Source: an uncultured Bacillota bacterium (GTDB taxonomy: Bacteria > Bacillota_I > Bacilli_A > RFN20 > CAG-288). Taken from it: 64,000 bases of DNA. Below, one piece after another: positions 29,048-36,946 of the stretch. The translations under genes and the position numbers were made by a program. The notes beneath the pieces were generated by a model, which searched no databases, had not been told where the DNA came from, and was given only the letters and a program-made list of their open reading frames with translations. The stretch is taken from NCBI GenBank assembly GCA_949282275.1, contig CASDOO010000019.1:44739-108738 (forward strand). The letters are read 5' to 3'. The first letter of the stretch is position 1, and each line of letters opens with the position of its first letter.

Positions 29048-29097
29048 AAAAAAAGGCAGAGCCTAGGAGGAAGGAGGGACCTTCCAAGGCTCTGCCC
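29048..29097 (-). terminator. terminator of the esterase lipoprotein gene, abutted by the IS66 end
   Basis: GGCAGAGCC (29055-63) pairs with GGCTCTGCC (29088-96), with an inner GGAAGG/CCTTCC pairing. On the minus strand it is followed by a T-run that reaches the IS66 terminus. Confidence 0.6.
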
Positions 29098-29135
29098 ATA
29101 AAAGGGGATTGGTGATTGATTATCGATTCCAGAAA

Positions 29136-31358
29136 CTACTGACGGGAGATCCAGTCCCAAAGGCCGGTGACCTTCTCGCCATTGAAGGTGACTTCTTCGG
29201 TGGAAGGGGCGGCAATGTTGTTGGGATCCTTCTGGTCGAGCTTGCACTCATCCTTGAGGGTGTAGATCCAGGAATAGTGTCCCTGATACTGGACTTCAGC
29301 GCCGGATTCGCTTCCCTTGACGTTCTCGAAGAAGGAATAGTGGACATTCGTGGCACCGGCATCCATCAATCTCTTGTAGGTGGCGTTGGTGTAGTTGGCA
29401 GGGACGACGGTGGTATCATCGGCGGCGGCCGTGAACCAGATGGCGCAATCCTTCAGCGTCTCGATCTGAGCATCGGTGATGACCTCATCCGGTCTGGCTT
29501 CGCAGACAGGATAGTAGGCGGCGAAGTAGTCGGTGTAGGAGATGGCCATCTGCATGGTCATGTAGCCACCGTTGCTGCATCCGCCGAGGTAGATGCGCTC
29601 CGTGTCGATGTCCGAATTGGACGAGACATAAGCCTCAATCGTCTGCATCAAAGTCTCCGTATAGATGGAGTCCGTCTTTCCATCGCCCTGACCGCCTTGA
29701 CCATTGTCCATCCAGAAGGTCGGAGTCTGGACGGCAAGGACATAGGCGCCATCCAATCCGTCCTTCGCGAAATAGGACTGGATCTTCTCTTCTCCAAGGT
29801 TGGTGACATCGTTTCCGAGAAGGGCGATGTCGACATCCGTTCCGCCTTCACCGGCGCCGTGGAGCCAGATGACGAGAGGGTTCTTGTCCGCATCGCCTTT
29901 CAGCGCATCCGTTTCGTAGGCCTTGTAAGTCAGAGTCTGACCCTTTTCCACATTCGTATAAGACTTTTGCTCTCCCCAATCCTCAACGCAAGGAATGATG
30001 CGTTCCTGTTCGCTAGGAGTTTCGATGATGATAGGCTTCTTGGCAGAATCATAGGTCGTTCCGCCGATTGTCAGCGACTTTCCGTTGGCAAGGGTGATGT
30101 TGTAGGTATAATCTTCGGCCCAGAGATTGTGACCGGATCCCGTCTGTTGTCCGGTCGTCCAGTCAAAGCTCATGTCATAGTAGAAAGGACTGGCACCATT
30201 GTAGCTGACGCCACCCCAACTCTGGGTGAACTCGAATCCGAGATCCAGACCGATCTTGGTCCCTTCCGTCGCGACGGCATCCTTCTCGCCGTTCTCGTCG
30301 ACCAAATAGACATCTTCGACCGGCCTTGTTCCACTTGTCTGGGCACCTGTCGTGCGGACGGTGAAGAGATCCTTGCTCAGATCGGCGGCCTTGACGGTCT
30401 TTCCTTCGCCGAGGTCGACGACGACCTTATAGACGCCGGGACCCCACTCGTAGCCGTTGACATAGTAGGTGTAGGTTCCGATGCTCTCCGGCTCGGCGAC
30501 TTCGATGACGACCTGCTCGATGCCAAGATCGCCATAGACCTTGACGCAGTCCATGTTGGGGCCCTGCTGGGCGATGGTCTCGACGACGATGGTGTTGGTT
30601 CCTTCCTGGATGGCGACATCCTCGACGATGAATTCGTTCCAATTGTAGTAGTCGTTGGGAACCTCAGATCCGGGAAGCTTCAGTCCAGCAAGATCAAGGG
30701 CCGTGTTGTTGACGGTAATCTCGATGCAGTCGGCAACGACCATCTCGCCGATGGTGCCGCTCATGTAGTCCTGGAGGGCAGAACTGGCCATGATGAAGCC
30801 GAGGTCGACCGTGCCGGCTTGGGCGGCCGTGAACTCCAGCGTCGTCGTGACGCCCTTGTTCTGATAGCCGATGGATTTTCCGCCGGAGGCCTTGTCGTTG
30901 TTTTCGACAGGGGAAGTGACGGAGGGATCCCACTGATTCCAGACGCCGTTGGGATTGTAGAACGAACCTTTCTCGAACTCCAGGACGGCATCGGCAGGGA
31001 TGACCGGCCGTTCGGCGACCGTGATTTCGACCGTGCCGGCGGCATATCCAGCCTTTCTGGCCTTGATCGTCGCCTTTCCGACGGCAAGAGCGGTGACCGT
31101 TCCGTCATCGGTGACGGAAACGACCTTGGCATCCTCGCCTTCAATGACGAACGTGCAGCCCGTGACGGCAGTGCCATCGGACGTTACGGTGACCTTGGCG
31201 GTCTCGCCGACATAGATGGACGTCTTGTCCAGGGTGAGGGTGAGGCTCTTGTCGGCGACGGAGGATGAATCGTTGTTGCAGGAGACCATCGTGAGGGAGA
31301 GGCCGGTGAACATCAAGGCAGAAGCGGTGAAGAGGATTCTAGCTCTGTTCTTTTTCAT
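29136..31358 (-). CDS. multidomain lipoprotein: Ig-like (Big_2-type) + carbohydrate-binding-like + C-terminal alpha/beta-hydrolase esterase
   Basis: 740 aa. Lipobox LSLTMVSC. A Big_2-like segment (TLDKTSIYVGETAKVTV...VTALAVGKATIKA). C-terminal ...VIWLHGAGEGG... with nucleophile elbow GGCSNGG. Confidence 0.8.
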   Translation of the reverse strand: MKKNRARILFTASALMFTGLSLTMVSCNNDSSSVADKSLTLTLDKTSIYVGETAKVTVTSDGTAVTGCTFVIEGEDAKVVSVTDDGTVTALAVGKATIKARKAGYAAGTVEITVAERPVIPADAVLEFEKGSFYNPNGVWNQWDPSVTSPVENNDKASGGKSIGYQNKGVTTTLEFTAAQAGTVDLGFIMASSALQDYMSGTIGEMVVADCIEITVNNTALDLAGLKLPGSEVPNDYYNWNEFIVEDVAIQEGTNTIVVETIAQQGPNMDCVKVYGDLGIEQVVIEVAEPESIGTYTYYVNGYEWGPGVYKVVVDLGEGKTVKAADLSKDLFTVRTTGAQTSGTRPVEDVYLVDENGEKDAVATEGTKIGLDLGFEFTQSWGGVSYNGASPFYYDMSFDWTTGQQTGSGHNLWAEDYTYNITLANGKSLTIGGTTYDSAKKPIIIETPSEQERIIPCVEDWGEQKSYTNVEKGQTLTYKAYETDALKGDADKNPLVIWLHGAGEGGTDVDIALLGNDVTNLGEEKIQSYFAKDGLDGAYVLAVQTPTFWMDNGQGGQGDGKTDSIYTETLMQTIEAYVSSNSDIDTERIYLGGCSNGGYMTMQMAISYTDYFAAYYPVCEARPDEVITDAQIETLKDCAIWFTAAADDTTVVPANYTNATYKRLMDAGATNVHYSFFENVKGSESGAEVQYQGHYSWIYTLKDECKLDQKDPNNIAAPSTEEVTFNGEKVTGLWDWISRQ

Positions 31359-31438
31359 GTTATTTTTTCCTTTTTTAGAAAGGGGAAGAGAAGGCGTCTA
31401 TTGCCTTCCCATCCCCTGAACGTCTCGGATTGCCTATC

Positions 31439-34315
31439 TTATTCGGCTTTCGGCTCCGCAGGAGCCTCTTCTTCCTTTTGGTACTTGATGGCCTTGTAGA
31501 CGACTAGTCCGGTCCAAGCAAGGACGACGACCCAGAGGGCGACATCGACAGGAATGAACCACTTGAGCCAATCCTCGTTGAGGGTGACGTTTCTCGGCTG
31601 GGCGTTGGCGACGGAGAAGAGGATGTTGTGGCAGGCGTTGCGAGCGGCGATCTGGGAGGTGGCGGAGGTCAGATCCGGCTTCTTGCCCATGGCGACGAAA
31701 CCGGTGAGCCAGAGGTCGTTTCCGGCACGGAGTCCCTGGTTGGGATCCATGAAGACCTGGAAGCTCATGTAGTAGTCGGTGATGACGCAGCCCTGGAAGC
31801 CCCATTCGTCCCTGAGGACCTCGGTCAGAAGGGCGCGGCTGGCACCGGCCCAGGTCGTTCCAATCCTGTTGAAGGCGGACATGATGCAACGGGTCTGTCC
31901 TTCCTCGACGGTGATCTGGAAGGGCTTGAGGTAGATTTCTCTCAGAGCCTGCTCATCGATGTAGGTGAAGAGTCCGTATCTCTGGGTTTCCTGATCGTTG
32001 ACGGCGAAGTGCTTGACGTAGCAGTTGAGACCTTCCGACTGGGCGCCCTTGACGAATTCGGAGCCCATCTTTCCGGAAAGGTGCGGATCCTCGGAATAGT
32101 ACTCGAAGTTTCTTCCACCATAAGGCTGACGATGGATGTTGACGGCCGGAGCATAGAGTCCGGTGACGCCCAAGGCGCTGGCCTCCAGACCGAAGGCACG
32201 GCCCTCCACGTAGGCGAGTTCCTTGCTCCAGGTGGATCCGACGACGACTTCGGAAGGATAGGACATGGCGTCGAGCTTCTCGATGGAGACGTTGGAGAAG
32301 TTGAAGCCCTGAGGGCCGTCGAGGTCTCTGTTGAGACCCTTGTTGATGCTCTCGACAGCCTGGGTCTGATAGCCGCCCTCGGCGATGAGGGTCGCCATCT
32401 CGTCGACGGTGAGCTGGTTGAGGAGCTCGTCCCAAAGCGGATCGTCATAGTCGAGGCCGGCCATATCGCTCAGGTAGAGGCCTCTCTTGGCGATGGTCTC
32501 ATTGCCGTTGTCGTCGATGGTGGTCTCGTAGACGACGTTGCCTTCCTCATCGTAGACGATTTCGCCCTTCTCGTCCCTCATCTCCTTGTCGCGTTCCGTG
32601 GTGATGGTTCCGGTGACCGGATACTCGTCGTCGGGATCGTCGACGATGTCGGTCTGATGGGCGATGGCGTCCTTGACCTTCTGGGAGGCGGCACGGGGCT
32701 GCCTGTCGGCCGTGGGGAAGTTCTTGGTGAAGTTGTCCTCACGGGTGATGTACTGGGTGCTGCCGTCGGTCAGGGCATCCTCGAAGCGGTTCTCGACGGT
32801 CTCTCCGGTGACCTTGGAGGTGTCGAAGTTCTTCTGCTCGTTGACCTTGTAGGTGATGGTGTTGGTGCCTTCCTTGATGGTGTGCGCATCGGTGGAGACG
32901 GAGAGGATGTAGTCGCCGGCCTCAAGCTCGTAGCCGGTGTGGCCATCGCCGTTGGCATCGTCGAAGTCGTAGGAGGCGAGGTCGCGGACATCGAAGGTCA
33001 GGGTGACGGTCTCGCTCGCCTGGGGCTCAATGGTCGGGGTCTTCTCGAAGGCGACGAGGTTCTTGTGGGCCTTCTCGATTCCGCCGGCAGTATAGGGCGG
33101 CGTGACATAGAGCTCGACGACATCCTTGCCGGCGTATTCGCCGTCGTTGGTGACGGTGACGTCGACGCTAATGGTGTCCTCGCCGAAGCTGGTGTTGCCG
33201 ACGGTCCAGGAGAAGTCGCTGTAGCTCAGGCCATAGCCGAAGGGATACTGGACGGCTTTCTCGTATCCGGCCTCATCGTCGATGTACTTGGTCTCGTAGT
33301 AGCGATAGCCGACATAGATTCCTTCGGAATAGTCGACATAGTAACTGCCCGCCTGATCGGTGTACTGATAGGTGTAGCACGTGTTGGCGTTGTAGTAGGC
33401 CGGGGAGCTCTTGGTGTCGTAGGCCCAGGTGTCGACCGTACGGCCGCTGGGGTTGACCACGCCGCGGAGGACCTTGCCGACTTCGGAGAAGCCGTAGGAT
33501 CCCGGATGACCAATCCAGAGGACGGCATCGATGTTCTCGTCGTCGAGGGCGCCGAGTTCCATCGTGTTGGCGACGTTGAGGCAGACGATGGTCGTCTCGA
33601 AGTTCTCGCCGACCCAAGCGATGAGCTCCTTCTCCTCATCGGAGAGCTCGAGGTAATCAGCCTCGGTTCCGCGGCCGGAATGATCCTTCTGATCGCCGGG
33701 CTCACCCGTCGGGATGTCCATACCTTCGCCGCCGGTTCTACCGATGTTGACGATGGCGATGTCGGAATAGGCCTTGTAGGAATCGACGTTCTCCTGATAG
33801 AGGCCGATGTCAATCGTCGGACGGGCAGGATAGAAGGATCCACCGAGCGGGTTTCCGACATCGGTGTCGGCCTCGCCGATGTGAGCCTCCATCAAGTCGA
33901 TGATGTCCTGATTGTAGAGGATGTGATTCTCCTCATAGGAAGAGAGATAGGTCGCGGCATCGTCGACGGAGCTGGCGCCGGAGCCGGAGCCGCCATAGTA
34001 CTCGTTGATGGTGTTGATGCCAAAGACGTTGACCTTGACATCCTCCGTCGGGTTCTCGGCGTCGAGAGGGAGGGCATCGTTCTCGTTCTTGAGAAGGACC
34101 ATTCCCTCGTCCATGATCTGATCGACGATCTCGCCGGCGTGTTCATAGGCATCGCCGACTTCGCCTTCGTTCGCCTGCAGACCCGATCCGCCCAGATACG
34201 TCGTGATGAGCTGTCTCAGGCTGGTGCCCAAGGCGGCCACATTCAACGCGATCAGGATGGCGGCGCAGACGCCAATGCCGATGGCATTGCCGACCACAAA
34301 CTTCTTGTGTTTCAT
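31439..34315 (-). CDS. glycoside hydrolase family 3, N- and C-terminal hydrophobic anchors (paralogue 3)
   Basis: 958 aa. KHFAVNDQETQR and GCVITDYY motifs. N-terminal FVVGNAIGIGVCAAILIALNVAAL; C-terminal VALWVVVLAWTGLVVY followed by a charged tail. GGAGGA RBS. Confidence 0.88.
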   Translation of the reverse strand: MKHKKFVVGNAIGIGVCAAILIALNVAALGTSLRQLITTYLGGSGLQANEGEVGDAYEHAGEIVDQIMDEGMVLLKNENDALPLDAENPTEDVKVNVFGINTINEYYGGSGSGASSVDDAATYLSSYEENHILYNQDIIDLMEAHIGEADTDVGNPLGGSFYPARPTIDIGLYQENVDSYKAYSDIAIVNIGRTGGEGMDIPTGEPGDQKDHSGRGTEADYLELSDEEKELIAWVGENFETTIVCLNVANTMELGALDDENIDAVLWIGHPGSYGFSEVGKVLRGVVNPSGRTVDTWAYDTKSSPAYYNANTCYTYQYTDQAGSYYVDYSEGIYVGYRYYETKYIDDEAGYEKAVQYPFGYGLSYSDFSWTVGNTSFGEDTISVDVTVTNDGEYAGKDVVELYVTPPYTAGGIEKAHKNLVAFEKTPTIEPQASETVTLTFDVRDLASYDFDDANGDGHTGYELEAGDYILSVSTDAHTIKEGTNTITYKVNEQKNFDTSKVTGETVENRFEDALTDGSTQYITREDNFTKNFPTADRQPRAASQKVKDAIAHQTDIVDDPDDEYPVTGTITTERDKEMRDEKGEIVYDEEGNVVYETTIDDNGNETIAKRGLYLSDMAGLDYDDPLWDELLNQLTVDEMATLIAEGGYQTQAVESINKGLNRDLDGPQGFNFSNVSIEKLDAMSYPSEVVVGSTWSKELAYVEGRAFGLEASALGVTGLYAPAVNIHRQPYGGRNFEYYSEDPHLSGKMGSEFVKGAQSEGLNCYVKHFAVNDQETQRYGLFTYIDEQALREIYLKPFQITVEEGQTRCIMSAFNRIGTTWAGASRALLTEVLRDEWGFQGCVITDYYMSFQVFMDPNQGLRAGNDLWLTGFVAMGKKPDLTSATSQIAARNACHNILFSVANAQPRNVTLNEDWLKWFIPVDVALWVVVLAWTGLVVYKAIKYQKEEEAPAEPKAE

Positions 34316-34347
34316 TGCGCTTCCTCCTATTTCTGTGAAGCGCTGAT

Positions 34348-34376
34348 ATTCTATAGAGGTATCTTTTTGTATGTAA
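34348..34376 (-). promoter_or_regulatory. sigma-70-type promoter for GH3 paralogue 3 (-35 TTACAT, 17-nt spacer, -10 TAGAAT)
   Basis: Read on the minus strand: TTACAT (34376-34371), a 17-nt spacer, then TAGAAT (34353-34348), about 33 nt upstream of the ATG at 34315. Confidence 0.5.
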
Positions 34377-34385
34377 TCGCTTTCA
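34372..34385. promoter_or_regulatory. cre site TGTAATCGCTTTCA (14/14 match to TGWAANCGNTNWCA) overlapping the -35 box
   Basis: Seen directly. Perfect match to the CcpA cre consensus as I recall it. Confidence 0.55.
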
Positions 34386-34456
34386 CATAAGCTTCCGTTT
34401 TTTGGACATAACCTTGCGCTTTTCGAGGCCCTGAAACACCTTTCGTTTTTCCTGTA

Positions 34457-34495
34457 TTTGACATAATCGGTCTGTTTTCTGACATTTTCGGTCGT
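34457..34495. promoter_or_regulatory. pair of direct repeats TGACATWWTCGGTC spaced exactly 21 bp: candidate LytTR-regulator box
   Basis: tatTTGACATAATCGGTC (34457-) and tttCTGACATTTTCGGTC (34478-) match at 14/19 positions. They sit between the system-2 kinase terminator and the GH3-3 promoter. Confidence 0.4.
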
Positions 34496-34604
34496 CTCGA
34501 TGGCATAAAAGGGCTTTATTTCCGGCTTTCGAGCGAAAGAAGGCTTCCTGACGGCATTTCTTTTTCCCTTTCCCCTCCTTCCTTCCGCGCTCTTTTCGCC
34601 ATCG

Positions 34605-34633
34605 AAAAAGGGGCTGAAACACCTTTCAGCCCC
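34605..34633 (-). terminator. terminator after the system-2 histidine kinase
   Basis: GGGGCTGAAA-cacc-TTTCAGCCCC 10-bp stem followed on the minus strand by TTTTTCG. Confidence 0.8.
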
Positions 34634-34654
34634 TCTTCTATAAAACCTTATTTA

Positions 34655-35980
34655 TTACTTGGCGACGGGAACGAGGATACGGATGGTGAAGACGCCGCCG
34701 TCGGCCTGATAGCTGACCCGTCCGCCATGGTTTCGGATGATCATGGCGATGCTCTTGGTCCCGAAGCCGTTGAAGTACTTGTTCCGCTTCGTGCTCAGAA
34801 GGAAGTCGTCCTTGATCTCGACCTTGCTCACATAGGGATTGGTCTCCTCGATGTAGAGAAAGCCCGAACGCGTCTTGACGATCAGGGAGATGTAGCGGTT
34901 CTGCCTCTCCGGGATCTTGCACGTGGCCTCGATGGCGTTGTCGAGGACGTTGGTGAAGAGGGAAATCAGGTCGCTCTTGGTGAAGATGTCCAGCGCCTTG
35001 CCGTCGCACATGGTCGTCAGCTCGATGCCGTTCTTCTGGAGGGTGATGCTCTTGGAGAGGAGGATGTGGTCCAGAATCTCGTTTCCCGTCTGGTAGGTCT
35101 CGTCGTAGATTCGGATGGCGTTGGCGATGTTGTCGATCTCGGACTCGTCGAGGATGTCCTTGTTGTTCTTGAAGTCGCGGATCTTCTTCCGTAGATCGTG
35201 GCACTTGATGTTGATGTATTCGATGGCCTCCTGGGACATGGCGTACTGCTTGAGCTTCTCCTGGTAGTACATCTCCATCTTCAGCCTCTCGTCGCGATAC
35301 TTGTTTTTCTCGAAGAAGCCTAGGATGAGAAGGAGGATGAAGATGCAGCAGAGGATGCAGAAGAGGGAGGAGATGATGCTGAAGGGGACGTACCAGCTGG
35401 CAAGCTTCAGGGTCAGGGTATTCAAGGCGACGACGATGATCAAGGTCACGGTGGAGATGACGAAGACCTTGTAGGAGGTGACGCTGTATTTGTAGTTCCG
35501 CTTGAAGATGCCTTGGAGGACAAAGGCGATGAGGAAGTCAACGAACAGCTGGAGAAGGAAGTTGATCGAGTTGAGGATGATGTAGGCCGTCGTCGTCGCC
35601 GTCGGCACGATGGTGTAGATCCACGAATCATAGACGAGGTAGATGGTCTGGTAGGCGATGTGCTGGACGCAATAGCAGAGCGTCAGGATGAGCAGGGCGT
35701 CCTTGAAGGAGCAGTCGAATATAAGGAAATAGTCGAATATCAGGGTGAAGAACATCACCAGATAGAGGAGAAGGTTCGTCACATAGTTCCAATAGAAACG
35801 ATTGGCGAGATAGAAAAAGGCATAGGAGAGACCGAAGCTCAGGAAAATGGCCATGAGGATGCGAAAGACGACACCGATCCTCACTTTCTTGAGATCCGGA
35901 TTGAAGAGCAAGAAGCCTATGGCGATTTCGACATGGAAAAGGACGACGGTCGAGAGAAAGGTCATGACATTCATGTCCAT
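34655..35980 (-). CDS. AgrC/HPK10-like sensor histidine kinase, system 2
   Basis: 441 aa. Polytopic N-terminal half, H-box KCHDLRKKI, C-terminal GHKL region (NGFGTKSIAMIIRNHGG). Confidence 0.85.
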   Translation of the reverse strand: MDMNVMTFLSTVVLFHVEIAIGFLLFNPDLKKVRIGVVFRILMAIFLSFGLSYAFFYLANRFYWNYVTNLLLYLVMFFTLIFDYFLIFDCSFKDALLILTLCYCVQHIAYQTIYLVYDSWIYTIVPTATTTAYIILNSINFLLQLFVDFLIAFVLQGIFKRNYKYSVTSYKVFVISTVTLIIVVALNTLTLKLASWYVPFSIISSLFCILCCIFILLLILGFFEKNKYRDERLKMEMYYQEKLKQYAMSQEAIEYINIKCHDLRKKIRDFKNNKDILDESEIDNIANAIRIYDETYQTGNEILDHILLSKSITLQKNGIELTTMCDGKALDIFTKSDLISLFTNVLDNAIEATCKIPERQNRYISLIVKTRSGFLYIEETNPYVSKVEIKDDFLLSTKRNKYFNGFGTKSIAMIIRNHGGRVSYQADGGVFTIRILVPVAK

Positions 35981-35996
35981 GTCTTTTTCCTCCGCC

Positions 35997-36725
35997 CTAT
36001 TTCGTCATGAGATAGGCCATCAGATCCTCGACGAACTTCTTCTTTCGAGGATGAGAAATCTGAAGCCTTTCGCCGTTGATGAGGCATTCGTACTTCTCCA
36101 CGGCGTCCACGTAGCGCAGATTGACCAGATAACAGTAGTTGCAACGGGAGAAGGAACGGCTATCGACCTTCCGCTCGATATCCTTGAGCGTTCCCTTGCT
36201 TTCGATGATCTCGTTGGGGAGATGGAACTTCAGGACGTGGCCGTAGATTTCGATATAGAGAATCGAGTTGAGCGCAATCTTGTGCATTCCATTGATACCA
36301 CCCCCGGTGGTCACGATCAAATTGTCCTCCGGACGGCTGTCGATGATGCGCAAAGCCTTCTGCACACGCGATATGAAGGAAGAATATCGGACAGGCTTGA
36401 GCATATAGTCCAAGGCATCGACCTCATAGCCTTTCAGAGCGAACTTGGAGAGGTTCGTCACGAAGATGATGACGACATCGCTGTCCTTCTTGCGAATTTC
36501 CCTCGCCAAGTCCATGCCGTTTTCCTTCGTCCCGAAATCGATGTCGATGAAAAGGATATCGAACTGAAGGTTGTAGTCCGCAAAAAAGGATTCGATATTC
36601 GTGTAGGAATCGATTTGGAAGGCGACCTTGTTTTCCTCCTGATATTTCCCTAGGCAGTCCGAAAGAAGCCCGAGGTCTTCCGGACTATCTTCGATGATGG
36701 CTATCTTATACTTACCATGATTCAT
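35997..36725 (-). CDS. LytTR-family response regulator (AgrA/ComE-like), system 2
   Basis: 242 aa. Receiver (DILFIDIDF...) plus a LytTR C-terminal domain (YLVNLRYVDAVEKYECLING). Confidence 0.9.
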   Translation of the reverse strand: MNHGKYKIAIIEDSPEDLGLLSDCLGKYQEENKVAFQIDSYTNIESFFADYNLQFDILFIDIDFGTKENGMDLAREIRKKDSDVVIIFVTNLSKFALKGYEVDALDYMLKPVRYSSFISRVQKALRIIDSRPEDNLIVTTGGGINGMHKIALNSILYIEIYGHVLKFHLPNEIIESKGTLKDIERKVDSRSFSRCNYCYLVNLRYVDAVEKYECLINGERLQISHPRKKKFVEDLMAYLMTK

Positions 36726-36946
36726 TTCGGTAACTGAACTCCCGTTATATGAATAGACTATATCAGTTTCAAAACGCTATGTCTATTTTAGTGAGGGGTG
36801 CCATTTTTCAGCAAGGGCATCGCCAAGAAGCGAAGTTGTGCTATCTGCTTTAAAGCCGGGCAAGAAAAATCGCGTCTTTAGCAGAATCCGGATAAGAAAC
36901 GAAGGAAACATAAAGGTTCATATGCTATGTATATGGATTTTTTTGT

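Larger units (their letters stand above)
26634..29049 (-). mobile_element. IS66-family insertion sequence (tnpA-tnpB-tnpC), apparently intact
   Basis: Terminal inverted repeats GTAAGCGTCAAAGAATCAGT (26634-) and the reverse complement of 29030-29049, TTAAGCGTCAAAGAATTAGT (18/20). Three IS66-type ORFs inside. Clearly more AT-rich than the flanks. No clean 8-bp target duplication (gaaaaact versus aaaaaggc). Confidence 0.85.

Noticed and set aside
36726-36946. Small ORFs upstream of LytTR system 2 (for example MNLYVSFVSYPDSAKDAIFLARL) as autoinducing-peptide precursors
   Set aside because: They have no RBS, no amphipathic leader plus Cys/Ser core plus acidic tail organisation, and no processing or export genes nearby.
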